NCBI GenBank assembly: GCA_021827685.1
Contig: JAKAUM010000007.1
Location: 9,842 to 73,841, forward strand
Length of the DNA: 64,000 nucleotides
Origin: a bacterium
GTDB taxonomy: Bacteria; Patescibacteriota; Minisyncoccia; UBA6257; 2-01-FULL-56-20
Direction of reading: 5' to 3'
The translations under genes were made by a program, and so were the position numbers. This document shows, piece by piece, positions 56,353 through 64,000 of the stretch (position 1 is the stretch's first letter; every line of letters starts with the position of its first letter). The notes under the pieces were generated by a model. It ran no database searches. It saw nothing but the letters and a program-made list of their open reading frames with translations, and was not told the origin of the DNA.

Positions 56353-57315
56353 TTATTTCGAGGACTTTATTTTATTAAGAAGTGCTTCCATATTTTTCAT
56401 GCTCAGGGCGTCTTTCACCGATACTGTCGCCGCATTCGGGTTCAGTTTTTTTAATACCGCCAATTTTGCCTTGCGCGTCGCTTCATCCGCGAGATCGCTT
56501 TTGGAGAGAAATAGGTACTCCGGCTTCTTCAGCAGTTCTTTGCCGTGCGCGCCCAATTCTTTGCGGACCAATTTATAGTCCCCTTTCGGGTCGCCGGATT
56601 CGGCGGAAACAAAATGGAAGAGGATCCTGGTGCGCTCGATGTGCCGCAGAAATTTTGTCCCCAATCCTTTTCCGGACGATGAGCCCTCGATAAGACCGGG
56701 AATATCGGCGATGGTCAGTTCGTAGTATGCGCCGAGGTTCGGCTCGAGCGTGGTGAAAGGATAATCCGCAACCTTGCTCCGGGCGTTCGTGAGCGCGTTC
56801 AACATGCTGGATTTCCCGGCGTTCGGCAGGCCTACGAATCCAATGTCGGCAATAAGCCTAAGCTCCAAATGCAGTTCGAACGTTTCGCCCGGCCGTCCGC
56901 CCTGGGATTGAAGCGGAGAGGTGTTGCGCGAAGAACGGAAGTGAAAGTTGCCCCGGCCGCCGATGCCGCCGCGCGCAAGGAGTATGCGCTCGCCGATCTT
57001 TTCCACGCTTGTTTCGGTCCCGTTCGTGAGATTGTGCACTTCGGTTCCTACCGGGAGCTTGAGCACAAGGTCGTCGCCCCTGCGTCCGTCGCGCAGCTGG
57101 CCCTGACCGACGCCGCCGTCCTTTGCTCCAAATTCTTTTTTATACCGGAATTGTTTCAGCGCGCTGACATCCGAGACGCCCACGGCAAATACGTCGCCAC
57201 CCTTTCCGCCGGACGCGCCCGTGGGCCCGAGGGCTTTGAGGTTGCTGTTAAATGCCACCGCGCCCTTGCCGCCGTTTCCGGCAGAAATTTTGATATGTAC
57301 ATCATCTATGAGCAT
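56353..57315 (-). CDS. obgE: Obg family GTPase (no C-terminal domain)
   Basis: Gly-rich Obg fold, GLPNAGKSS, DYPFTTLEPNLG, DIPGLIEG. Confidence 0.95.
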   Translation of the reverse strand: MLIDDVHIKISAGNGGKGAVAFNSNLKALGPTGASGGKGGDVFAVGVSDVSALKQFRYKKEFGAKDGGVGQGQLRDGRRGDDLVLKLPVGTEVHNLTNGTETSVEKIGERILLARGGIGGRGNFHFRSSRNTSPLQSQGGRPGETFELHLELRLIADIGFVGLPNAGKSSMLNALTNARSKVADYPFTTLEPNLGAYYELTIADIPGLIEGSSSGKGLGTKFLRHIERTRILFHFVSAESGDPKGDYKLVRKELGAHGKELLKKPEYLFLSKSDLADEATRKAKLAVLKKLNPNAATVSVKDALSMKNMEALLNKIKSSK

Positions 57316-57379
57316 CCGGTTAGAATGGCATTCTAAACTATTATCACTATTATTGCCATCGGTCCTGCGCTATGATCGA

Positions 57380-57859
57380 ATGATGGAAGAAATGGAAAAA
57401 ATCGAACCGTTCCATGTCACGCAGGAAGGCTTGGAACGCTTGCGCGAGCGGCTTGCATACCTCAAGCGTGTTTTGCCCGAACGCGCCGAGGAAACGAGGA
57501 GGGCGGCCGCGTACGGCGACCGTTCGGAAAACGACGAATACAAAACGGCGAAAGGAGCTTTACAGCATACCAAGTGGCGGATTCTGGAAATCGAAGACCA
57601 AATTAAACGCGCGGTCATAATTACCTCCGGCGCTTCCGCCTCGGGCATGGTGCAGATCGGTTCACGGGTGACGCTCGGCGAGGGCGCTGCGAAAAAGACG
57701 TTTCAGATCGTCGGCCCGCACGAAACCGATCCCGCGCGGGGCCGCATTTCTTACCGATCGCCGCTCGGCGCGGCGCTCCTCGATCGACGGAGGGGGCATG
57801 TCATCGAGGTGGAGTCGATAAACGGAACCAAAAAATACCGGATCATAGAAATACAATAG
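57380..57859 (+). CDS. greA: Transcription elongation factor GreA family
   Basis: TQEG..RL..RL..L, GDRSENDEY, ISYRSPLG.ALL. Confidence 0.9.
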   Translation: MMEEMEKIEPFHVTQEGLERLRERLAYLKRVLPERAEETRRAAAYGDRSENDEYKTAKGALQHTKWRILEIEDQIKRAVIITSGASASGMVQIGSRVTLGEGAAKKTFQIVGPHETDPARGRISYRSPLGAALLDRRRGHVIEVESINGTKKYRIIEIQ

Positions 57860-57867
57860 CTGCCTGA

Positions 57868-57972
57868 TTGCTCCCCGATTTGGACGAGTTTCGAACCAGA
57901 GATTGGGAACAGATTGTACGTGGTTTAGCTTATCTCGATGTGCCGCGGCTGCGGCTTGCAGTGGCGGCATAA
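57868..57972 (+). other. Putative att junction and orphan recombinase C-terminal tail
   Basis: LLPDLDEFRTRDWEQIVRGLAYLDVPRLRLAVAA*; in-frame TGA immediately upstream; no SD. Confidence 0.55.
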
Positions 57973-58023
57973 GGGGGGGTATATTGGCGACAAAGGTCGA
58001 TTACAAGGCCTATTACATACATC

Positions 58024-58629
58024 ATGAAAAAAATACTACTGGGTGGAGCGGTGGCTGCTGGAAGCCTCCTTGCGTTTTCGTTGGTCGCTCTTGCTGCGCC
58101 ATCGGTCCACACGAATTTCGGCAAGACGCTCAATGCCAGCACCTGCAACACGAGTGGTGCCCCGATCGTAAATGTCTCGCTCAAGGTGATCAACGATTCC
58201 GATTCCGGTTTCGGTGGCAACGCATGGGCAAACGACGATTATGTAAAGACGATCCAGGTGTGGCCGCAAGCAGATGGAACGAACTGCGCTATCGTGAAAT
58301 ACGAAGGGCAGTTCGTTACCTATGATGGATTGAGTCCGAGCGGCAACTCGACGGTAGCGGCTGGAGTTAGGGGAGCGTTTGAGGGCGGCTATCAGGCCAC
58401 CTTCGATGGAACACTTACTCCCACGCTGCCGACCCACGGAAACCTTGGCACGTATGATTATGCGTGCGATGGAACGTTCACATGCAACACGTTCGATTGG
58501 GTGAGCGCCTACTTTACTGGCAATACATTCTTCAACCAGCCGTATTGGGCGTGGGACTACCATGCCGGTCACAATGGGAGCTGGGTGAACGCAAGCACTG
58601 GTAGTTCTGGCGACATCACCGGGAGCTAA
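58024..58629 (+). CDS. Secreted hypothetical protein
   Basis: Signal peptide MKKILLGGAVAAG...ALA; Gly/Thr/aromatic-rich, four Cys; terminator follows. Confidence 0.8.
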   Translation: MKKILLGGAVAAGSLLAFSLVALAAPSVHTNFGKTLNASTCNTSGAPIVNVSLKVINDSDSGFGGNAWANDDYVKTIQVWPQADGTNCAIVKYEGQFVTYDGLSPSGNSTVAAGVRGAFEGGYQATFDGTLTPTLPTHGNLGTYDYACDGTFTCNTFDWVSAYFTGNTFFNQPYWAWDYHAGHNGSWVNASTGSSGDITGS

Positions 58630-58655
58630 ACGAGTGAGTGCGGAACGATAAGCGT

Positions 58656-58681
58656 AAAAACAGCCCAAGTGGGCTGTTTTT
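58656..58681. terminator. Bidirectional intrinsic terminator
   Basis: AAAAA-CAGCCC-AAGT-GGGCTG-TTTTT. Confidence 0.75.
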
Positions 58682-58787
58682 ACTGGACAACCCTGCGTGA
58701 GGACTCGGTCTGGGGCGTACGATTCAGCCCGTAAAAGCTGGGCAAAACCAGTTCGTTGATTTTTCATGGGGAATCCGTATTATATAA

Positions 58788-59027
58788 GTGATGGACAAGA
58801 CCTCCTCAAAAAGCGGCGCGATGAGCAAAATCGCGCCAAAAGAAGTTGTAGACAAGAACGCTCCGGCCCTGAAGGCCTACGATGCGTATAAGAGAGCGGC
58901 CGACATCATAGAACAAGCCGACATTGCCTCCGGCAAGCGCGTCGTTTTCAAATCGAGCACTGGCTCTGCGATCAACTTCCAGATAGACCTGCATGGCACT
59001 TACTCAACCACAGCGCAAGAGATTTAG
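58788..59027 (+). CDS. Small hypothetical protein
   Basis: 79-aa ORF overlapping the start of the protease gene. Confidence 0.55.
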   Translation: MMDKTSSKSGAMSKIAPKEVVDKNAPALKAYDAYKRAADIIEQADIASGKRVVFKSSTGSAINFQIDLHGTYSTTAQEI

Positions 59028-60015
59028 CGCGACACAGGATTGGCAGAACTTCCTCCAAGCAAAACAGGGAGTGGTTAACGGCTCGGAGCTATTTGAGTTA
59101 CGCAAAGCATGTTACGCCGAGATAGAGGCGCTGCGAAAGCGGCCTCTTTTGGTTTACGCAACGAAGTTCTTGGAGGGCGTGCCCCCATTTGCACCTAATC
59201 AAATCGATCTTACCGATGTCGAAGGATTCACCGATCTGGTGAACTCGACAGCTGACGGTTCAGTAGACGTGCTTCTCCATAGCCCCGGTGGGCGTCCCGA
59301 TGCGACCGAGCGGATTGTTGACATACTCCGCGGAAAGTTCAAAGAGGTTCATTTTCTCGTTCCCCATTCGGCATATTCGGCCGCAACGATGCTCGCATTA
59401 TCCGGCAATAGCATTGTTCTCCATCCGAGCGCGACGCTTGGGCCGATTGATCCTCAGGTTGGTGTTCCGACGAAAGAAGGGCTGGTCAGGTTCGTCCCCG
59501 CGAAGTCCATCAGAAATGGATTCGAAAAGGCGAAAGCTGAAATAAAGAAAGAAGGGCCGGAGGCGCTGCCAGCTTACATCCCATTGATTGAACAATACTC
59601 GCTCGACCTCTTTGAGATGTGTGAGGATTCTGAAAAGCTCTCGAAGGAGCTGGTATCAACTTGGCTTCAGCGGTATATGTTTGAAGGCGATGGGAGCGCT
59701 GGGGAGAAAATCAAAAACGCCGTCGCGTATTTCTCGGAATACGATACGCACAAGCTGCACTCCCGGCCGCTCTCAGCGAACAAAATCTCCGGCCTCAATC
59801 TCAAAATCGAAGTCGCAAGCGGCATACTCAAAGACCTCCTGTGGGAGTCGTTTATTCTCCTCAATGGGTTCTTCAACGTAAGTTCGTTTGTGAAGCTATA
59901 CGAAAATACTCGTGGTGTGACATGGGGAAAACAGTTGCAGATTATGATGGGGCCTCAACCTCAAGTCCAGCCGCAGCCACAACCACGGCCGCGGCCACAG
60001 CCTCCGCAAAAATAG
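58993..60015 (+). CDS. Clp-fold serine proteinase (SDH_sah/S49-like)
   Basis: DVLLHSPGG, AYSAATMLALS, LGPIDPQ, HSRP; Gln/Pro tail. Confidence 0.87.
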   Translation: MALTQPQRKRFSATQDWQNFLQAKQGVVNGSELFELRKACYAEIEALRKRPLLVYATKFLEGVPPFAPNQIDLTDVEGFTDLVNSTADGSVDVLLHSPGGRPDATERIVDILRGKFKEVHFLVPHSAYSAATMLALSGNSIVLHPSATLGPIDPQVGVPTKEGLVRFVPAKSIRNGFEKAKAEIKKEGPEALPAYIPLIEQYSLDLFEMCEDSEKLSKELVSTWLQRYMFEGDGSAGEKIKNAVAYFSEYDTHKLHSRPLSANKISGLNLKIEVASGILKDLLWESFILLNGFFNVSSFVKLYENTRGVTWGKQLQIMMGPQPQVQPQPQPRPRPQPPQK

Positions 60016-60096
60016 CAAGAGATAGCATGTCTTCGGCAGCGCTCAATCGGCGCTGCTTTTTGACGTGCGGGCAAATGTAAACTAAAGTAAAGCGTA

Positions 60097-61385
60097 ATGG
60101 AAGACATTGCGGCCACTTTGCGGGACGATTATGAGGCCTTCGTCAACCAGCCGGAACCGTTCGGCTTCTTTTCCGGCCTCTCGGATTATATGGGCTACGC
60201 GCTGGAGAACCCGACGCTGAAAGCGATTGTGGACGAAGCCATGAAGCCGAAGCAGGCATTGTTTGATGAGTATGACCGGCTTGAACAGCAAACGATGAGG
60301 GAGATGAAAGTGGCCGAAAAGAAAATCCGCAAGATCATTGCGGATAATAAAATCGACCCGGCTTCAATAACGATGGTTTTCTCGACGGGGCCGAATATGC
60401 GGCAGGAGCAAAACCTGCTTGAACGGCTCGAGGTGTTCGACAAAAGTCAGCCTGGCCACGGCAATTCAAAGTGGCATACGTTCGGGCAATACCTTTTCGA
60501 TATTGCCGTAAACCTCGCGCGACAGGGCTACGGGGAGCAGCTCAAGGAGTTTACCGTTCCAGCAAGTGAATGGGGACACCATCACGAAGATCCTTATCCC
60601 GAAGACAATACAAGCGGACTGGTTTTGGCTGGCAACAGCCTCGGCAACTTCGTGTTTTCAAAAACCGAGCCGCTTGTTCTCAAGCAGGATGCCCACATTG
60701 CCAAAGAGCGTGAGTATGGCGCAATGTGGAGCGTTTTCGATCAACTCGTGAAACTCCGCGAAACGGTTGTGGCTCGGAGCGGTGGAATAAGCAAATACGA
60801 TTTTCTCAACGATTACAACCGGCGGCACCCGGCAAGGAATAAAGCCGAAGCTAACGACCTCTGGGAGGTCGGCCTGGCATTTAACGACTTATCCGACATG
60901 ACGATGACCGGGGGGATCATAGAATGTGGATCGGTTCCACTCCCGGACGACAGTTACCGTTACCACCGTTCTTACGGGTCAACGACTTCAAGAGTCGTGC
61001 GGCACGCGCACATAGGCATCTTCTCAAAGAACTCGGGAAGCGGCAGACAAAAATGGCCCCGGCTGGTGGTTTTTCAGCAACCAGCGACGAGCTTTGTTTC
61101 AACGGCAAAAAGATCATTGTATCGCGGTCGAAAAACACAAGGCCTTATTTCCTGCTTAAAATTCTGTTGAGCAATCCACAGAAGACTTGGCATTACGACG
61201 AGGTCTGGTGGGAGTTATTCGAGACGCACTATCCCAAAAATCCGACCGAGGCAGACGCGAAGAAAATCTACAATGCCGCCTATGATCTGAACCAGCTCAT
61301 CGCGCAACAAACGACGATAAACGATTTCGTGGATGTGACGATGACTACGTTGAGGGTGAACGAGAAGTATCTTCCGCTCGGGTAG
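60097..61385 (+). pseudogene. Probable single gene with C-terminal winged-helix domain, split by a frameshift
   Basis: ORFs 60097-61170 and 60924-61385 overlap; one extra G in the G6 run at 60910-60915 joins them; distal part has an OmpR-like wHTH pattern. Confidence 0.6.
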
Positions 61386-61449
61386 CAGAGATTCAGCAGA
61401 GTTCTGCTGACTGCGGTAGGCATATCCTGATGAAAAATCAGGATCTTTT

Positions 61450-61689
61450 ATGCCTGCCAAAAGAGTTAAAAAGAAAAAGGATATTCCGGTCAGAGGCCTA
61501 TTCGAGGAAACTCGCTCGGATGATGCTACCAAGACGTTACCCGCAAAGCCGACCGTAGACGAGATTTTTAGCGACCCTGCGGCCCGCCGTAATATCGTCG
61601 GTCTCTACGAACTGCTGTACGAAATCGACCGGCGCATTAATCCGCAGTTCTACGGCTTGCCTGAGAGAAAAGATGACGCGGTAAAATAA
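61450..61689 (+). CDS. Small hypothetical protein upstream of rep
   Basis: 79-aa ORF ending 5 nt before the rep ATG; helical NIVGLYELLYEIDRRINP. Confidence 0.6.
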   Translation: MPAKRVKKKKDIPVRGLFEETRSDDATKTLPAKPTVDEIFSDPAARRNIVGLYELLYEIDRRINPQFYGLPERKDDAVK

Positions 61690-61694
61690 AACCA

Positions 61695-62846
61695 ATGATT
61701 GATACTGCGACGCTATCGGTACCCACAAGGAAAATCGTAACCGATCCGATCATCGATAGGATCGGTTCGAAGTGGCACCTCCAACGCCGGACGCCGGGCT
61801 ACGACATGTATATCAGAAATCCGTCCGCGGCGTTTACGAAGCAAAACTACTTCCCGTACGTGACGGCATTCAACCGCAAAGGATCGCATTCCTCGTGGAA
61901 AGAAGCCGAGTCAACTATCCACTTTCGTTTCTCCGCGCCGAAGCTCATTTTTCAAAATAACGTAGACGAGCTAACCGAAGACCAGTTCGAAGCGGTCGTA
62001 CGGGCGCTCACTGACCGGCTCCGCGAGATGAACATCCTCGTCCGGTCGCAAACATTGGCCGACGCGGAGGTGCGCACAGTGCATTACTCAAAGAACATTG
62101 AGCTGCACGACGGCTACACTGCTCGTTACGTCATCAATGAACTCGGGAAAATCGATATGAGCAAGCGCTTCGATTTCGGTAAGGCGCGATATGAGAATGA
62201 CGGTAGTGGGATCGTAGCACATACGAAGGCACACGAGTTTGTGGTGTACGACAAGATCGCGGACATGGGAAAAAGTCAAAAACGGGCTATCGACAAAGAC
62301 CAGACGTCTCGGCAGCCGAGCCTGTTCGCTGATTTTGAAAAAGCCGAGAAGCCGCACGAGATCATCCGCTTCGAGATACGACTGAACGAGAAGCGCAAGA
62401 TCGATGCGCTGTTTCAGGAACTCGGTTTCGCGCCGAACCCAACCTTCAAAGACGCATTCTCTGCCGCAAAGAGCAAGAAAGTGGTTCGGCATTACTGGGA
62501 CACGATGGTCACGGGACATGCAGCAGCGCTATTCGGCCACACGCTGACTATGAAGGAACTACTCCACCAGATCATGCTGGCCGAGAAGAACATGCGGCCC
62601 AAGGAAGCGATCTACCGCGCTGCCGCGATTTTCATGGCTCGCGAGGGCAACGGCCTGCGGGAGCTACGAAGTATTCTTCAGCGGCGCGGTCGTGACGACT
62701 TTTGGTATGACCTCACGGCCGACGTAAAGAAAACAACCACAAAGCTCGACAAGCTCCGGCCGCGCGACTGGTTTGACCAGATTATCAAGGGTTTCGAGGT
62801 CTTTGAGTCGCTCCGAGTTGTTCACTTGCTTGGTAAACAAAAGTAA
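61695..62846 (+). CDS. Replication initiator-like protein (phage gene II/X / Rep_trans-like)
   Basis: MIDT, FSAPKL...NN..E, V.RV-like VHYSKN, VVYDK (putative catalytic Tyr), IRFEIRL. Confidence 0.7.
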   Translation: MIDTATLSVPTRKIVTDPIIDRIGSKWHLQRRTPGYDMYIRNPSAAFTKQNYFPYVTAFNRKGSHSSWKEAESTIHFRFSAPKLIFQNNVDELTEDQFEAVVRALTDRLREMNILVRSQTLADAEVRTVHYSKNIELHDGYTARYVINELGKIDMSKRFDFGKARYENDGSGIVAHTKAHEFVVYDKIADMGKSQKRAIDKDQTSRQPSLFADFEKAEKPHEIIRFEIRLNEKRKIDALFQELGFAPNPTFKDAFSAAKSKKVVRHYWDTMVTGHAAALFGHTLTMKELLHQIMLAEKNMRPKEAIYRAAAIFMAREGNGLRELRSILQRRGRDDFWYDLTADVKKTTTKLDKLRPRDWFDQIIKGFEVFESLRVVHLLGKQK

Positions 62847-62866
62847 AGTATCATAAAGCTAATACC

Positions 62867-63049
62867 ATGAAGCCAAAACACAAACCCTACTATACCGCTC
62901 GCGAGCTTGCCGACGCGCTCTCGGTGAACATCATGACCATCTATCGCTACATCAACAAGAAGCGGTTGAAGGCATACAAAATTGGCAAGGAGTTCAGGAT
63001 CGAAAAGGCCGAATTCGACCGGTTCATGCAAAAGGCAAAACTCAAATAA
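62867..63049 (+). CDS. Excisionase-like HTH_17 DNA-binding protein
   Basis: YYTARELADALSVNIMTIYRYI..KRLKAYKIGKEFRI. Confidence 0.9.
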   Translation: MKPKHKPYYTARELADALSVNIMTIYRYINKKRLKAYKIGKEFRIEKAEFDRFMQKAKLK

Positions 63050-63051
63050 CC

Positions 63052-63570
63052 ATGGAAAAAACAATCAGTGGATTGAATAGCAGAAGCTGGTATAGGTTAC
63101 TGAAGGTGCTCTATGTCGGAGTATTCCTTGTCGTCGTCCTTTTCGGATTACTGTTGATCTTCGACTCTAATCAATTAGAAACCACAGTCGATAATGCAAG
63201 GACGACCATAGAATGCGATTATCCTGTGCAACATAACATTACGGCAGCCGATGGAGGCGTGTATTTTATGCCATCAGATTTCACGGACGGGGAATACAAC
63301 AATTTCAATAAAAACGCAGAAATACAAGATGCCTGCGGGATGACCGACTACGTTAATAACCTTATTTCCAGGGCTGGCAATCTCCAATTAGGAACAAACG
63401 GTTTCCCCTCCCATCTCTTCACTGTGGACCCAGTTTTTGATAGCGAAGGTGGCTGGTCTTATATACTCGGATACTCGCTACTCTTCATCGTCATAGTCGT
63501 CGCTATCTCTGAAGGGTTGAGGAGGGTTTTCTATTACGTGGTGCTTGGCAGCTTCAAGCCGCACAAATAA
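63052..63570 (+). CDS. Two-TM membrane hypothetical protein
   Basis: WYRLLKVLY TM, extracytoplasmic loop with Cys pair, second TM then RRVFYYVVLG. Confidence 0.75.
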   Translation: MEKTISGLNSRSWYRLLKVLYVGVFLVVVLFGLLLIFDSNQLETTVDNARTTIECDYPVQHNITAADGGVYFMPSDFTDGEYNNFNKNAEIQDACGMTDYVNNLISRAGNLQLGTNGFPSHLFTVDPVFDSEGGWSYILGYSLLFIVIVVAISEGLRRVFYYVVLGSFKPHK

Positions 63571-63572
63571 CT

Positions 63573-64000
63573 ATGAAGGCCATCGTCCTTGCAAGGGTGT
63601 CAGATAAAAAACAGGATTCCAACGAAGCGCAGGTAATGCGGATAGCCGACTTCATTAAATCGAAAGATCTTGAGGTTTGGAAAACGTACGAAATCGAGGA
63701 GTCATCATCAAGGGGCGATAGAAAGAAGTTCCATGAGGTCATAAAAGATATTGAGAAAGCCAAGGAGCCGATTGCTCTCGTCGTTGATACGATTGATCGT
63801 CTCCAGCGCAGCTTCAAGGAATCCGTGCTCTTGGATGATTTACGCAAGTCCGGGAAGCTCGTTATCTACTTTTACCGCGAGAACCTCACGATCCATAAGG
63901 ACTCCAATAGCGCCGACATTCTTCGGTGGGAAATGGGTGTCCTGCTCGCGCACAGCTACATACTCCAGTTGAGCGATAACGTGAAGCGTACGTTTGAACA
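63573..64000 (+). CDS. Large serine recombinase, N-terminal part (truncated by window; not in ORF track)
   Basis: MKAIVLARVSDKKQ (catalytic Ser), ESS..GDRKKF, DTIDRLQRS, LSDNVKR. Confidence 0.93.
   Translation, partial: MKAIVLARVSDKKQDSNEAQVMRIADFIKSKDLEVWKTYEIEESSSRGDRKKFHEVIKDIEKAKEPIALVVDTIDRLQRSFKESVLLDDLRKSGKLVIYFYRENLTIHKDSNSADILRWEMGVLLAHSYILQLSDNVKRTFE

Larger units (their letters stand above)
57868..64000 (+). mobile_element. Integrative element (Rep, Xis-like HTH, large serine recombinase), continues beyond window
   Basis: Composition shift right after the greA stop; tRNA-3'-end-like junction TTGCTCCCCGA; co-oriented mobility genes. Confidence 0.85.

Noticed and set aside
57868-57900. 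Intact tRNA at the element's left junction
   Set aside because: Only an acceptor-end and T-arm-like fragment; no cloverleaf
59950-60012. PQPQ/PRPR low-complexity tail as a repeat element
   Set aside because: Short imperfect coding repeat, best explained as a disordered protein tail
1-64000. CRISPR array, rRNA, reverse transcriptase (retron/DGR)
   Set aside because: No regularly spaced repeats, rRNA signatures or RT motifs seen by eye

Overview
GC-rich chromosomal segment that looks like Patescibacteria/CPR (Parcubacteria-like), inferred from gene content and order. The backbone holds secA-hpf-murB, the dcw block mraZ-rsmH-ftsL-like-ftsI-murF, rplJ/rplL with an L10 leader, leuS/tatD/metG, a gap-rpiB-rpe/tkt-pfkB-fba sugar cluster, efflux and P-type ATPase genes, obgE, greA and six tRNAs. 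Three AT-richer accessory regions interrupt it. (1) A ~1.9-kb mini-element at the 3' end of tRNA-Arg(CCT), bounded by a TTCGGGTG direct repeat, carrying an unannotated 42-aa Cys peptide, a DUF2268-like protease and a ~250-nt structured non-coding segment. (2) A nucleotide/peptide-hydrolase island after tRNA-Ser(TGA). (3) An integrative element from ~57868 to beyond the window end, with a Clp-fold protease, a wHTH protein, a rolling-circle-type Rep, an excisionase-like HTH and a large serine recombinase. Main hypothesis: in elements 1 and 3 the att site appears to lie inside the 3' end of the recombinase gene, so integration or excision swaps its C-terminus. In element 3 the orphaned tail ends in an SsrA-like degron (RLAVAA*). 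Many genes have a TAnnnT box 6-7 nt before the ATG, suggesting leaderless mRNAs. All family calls come from motif recognition by eye; no searches were run.
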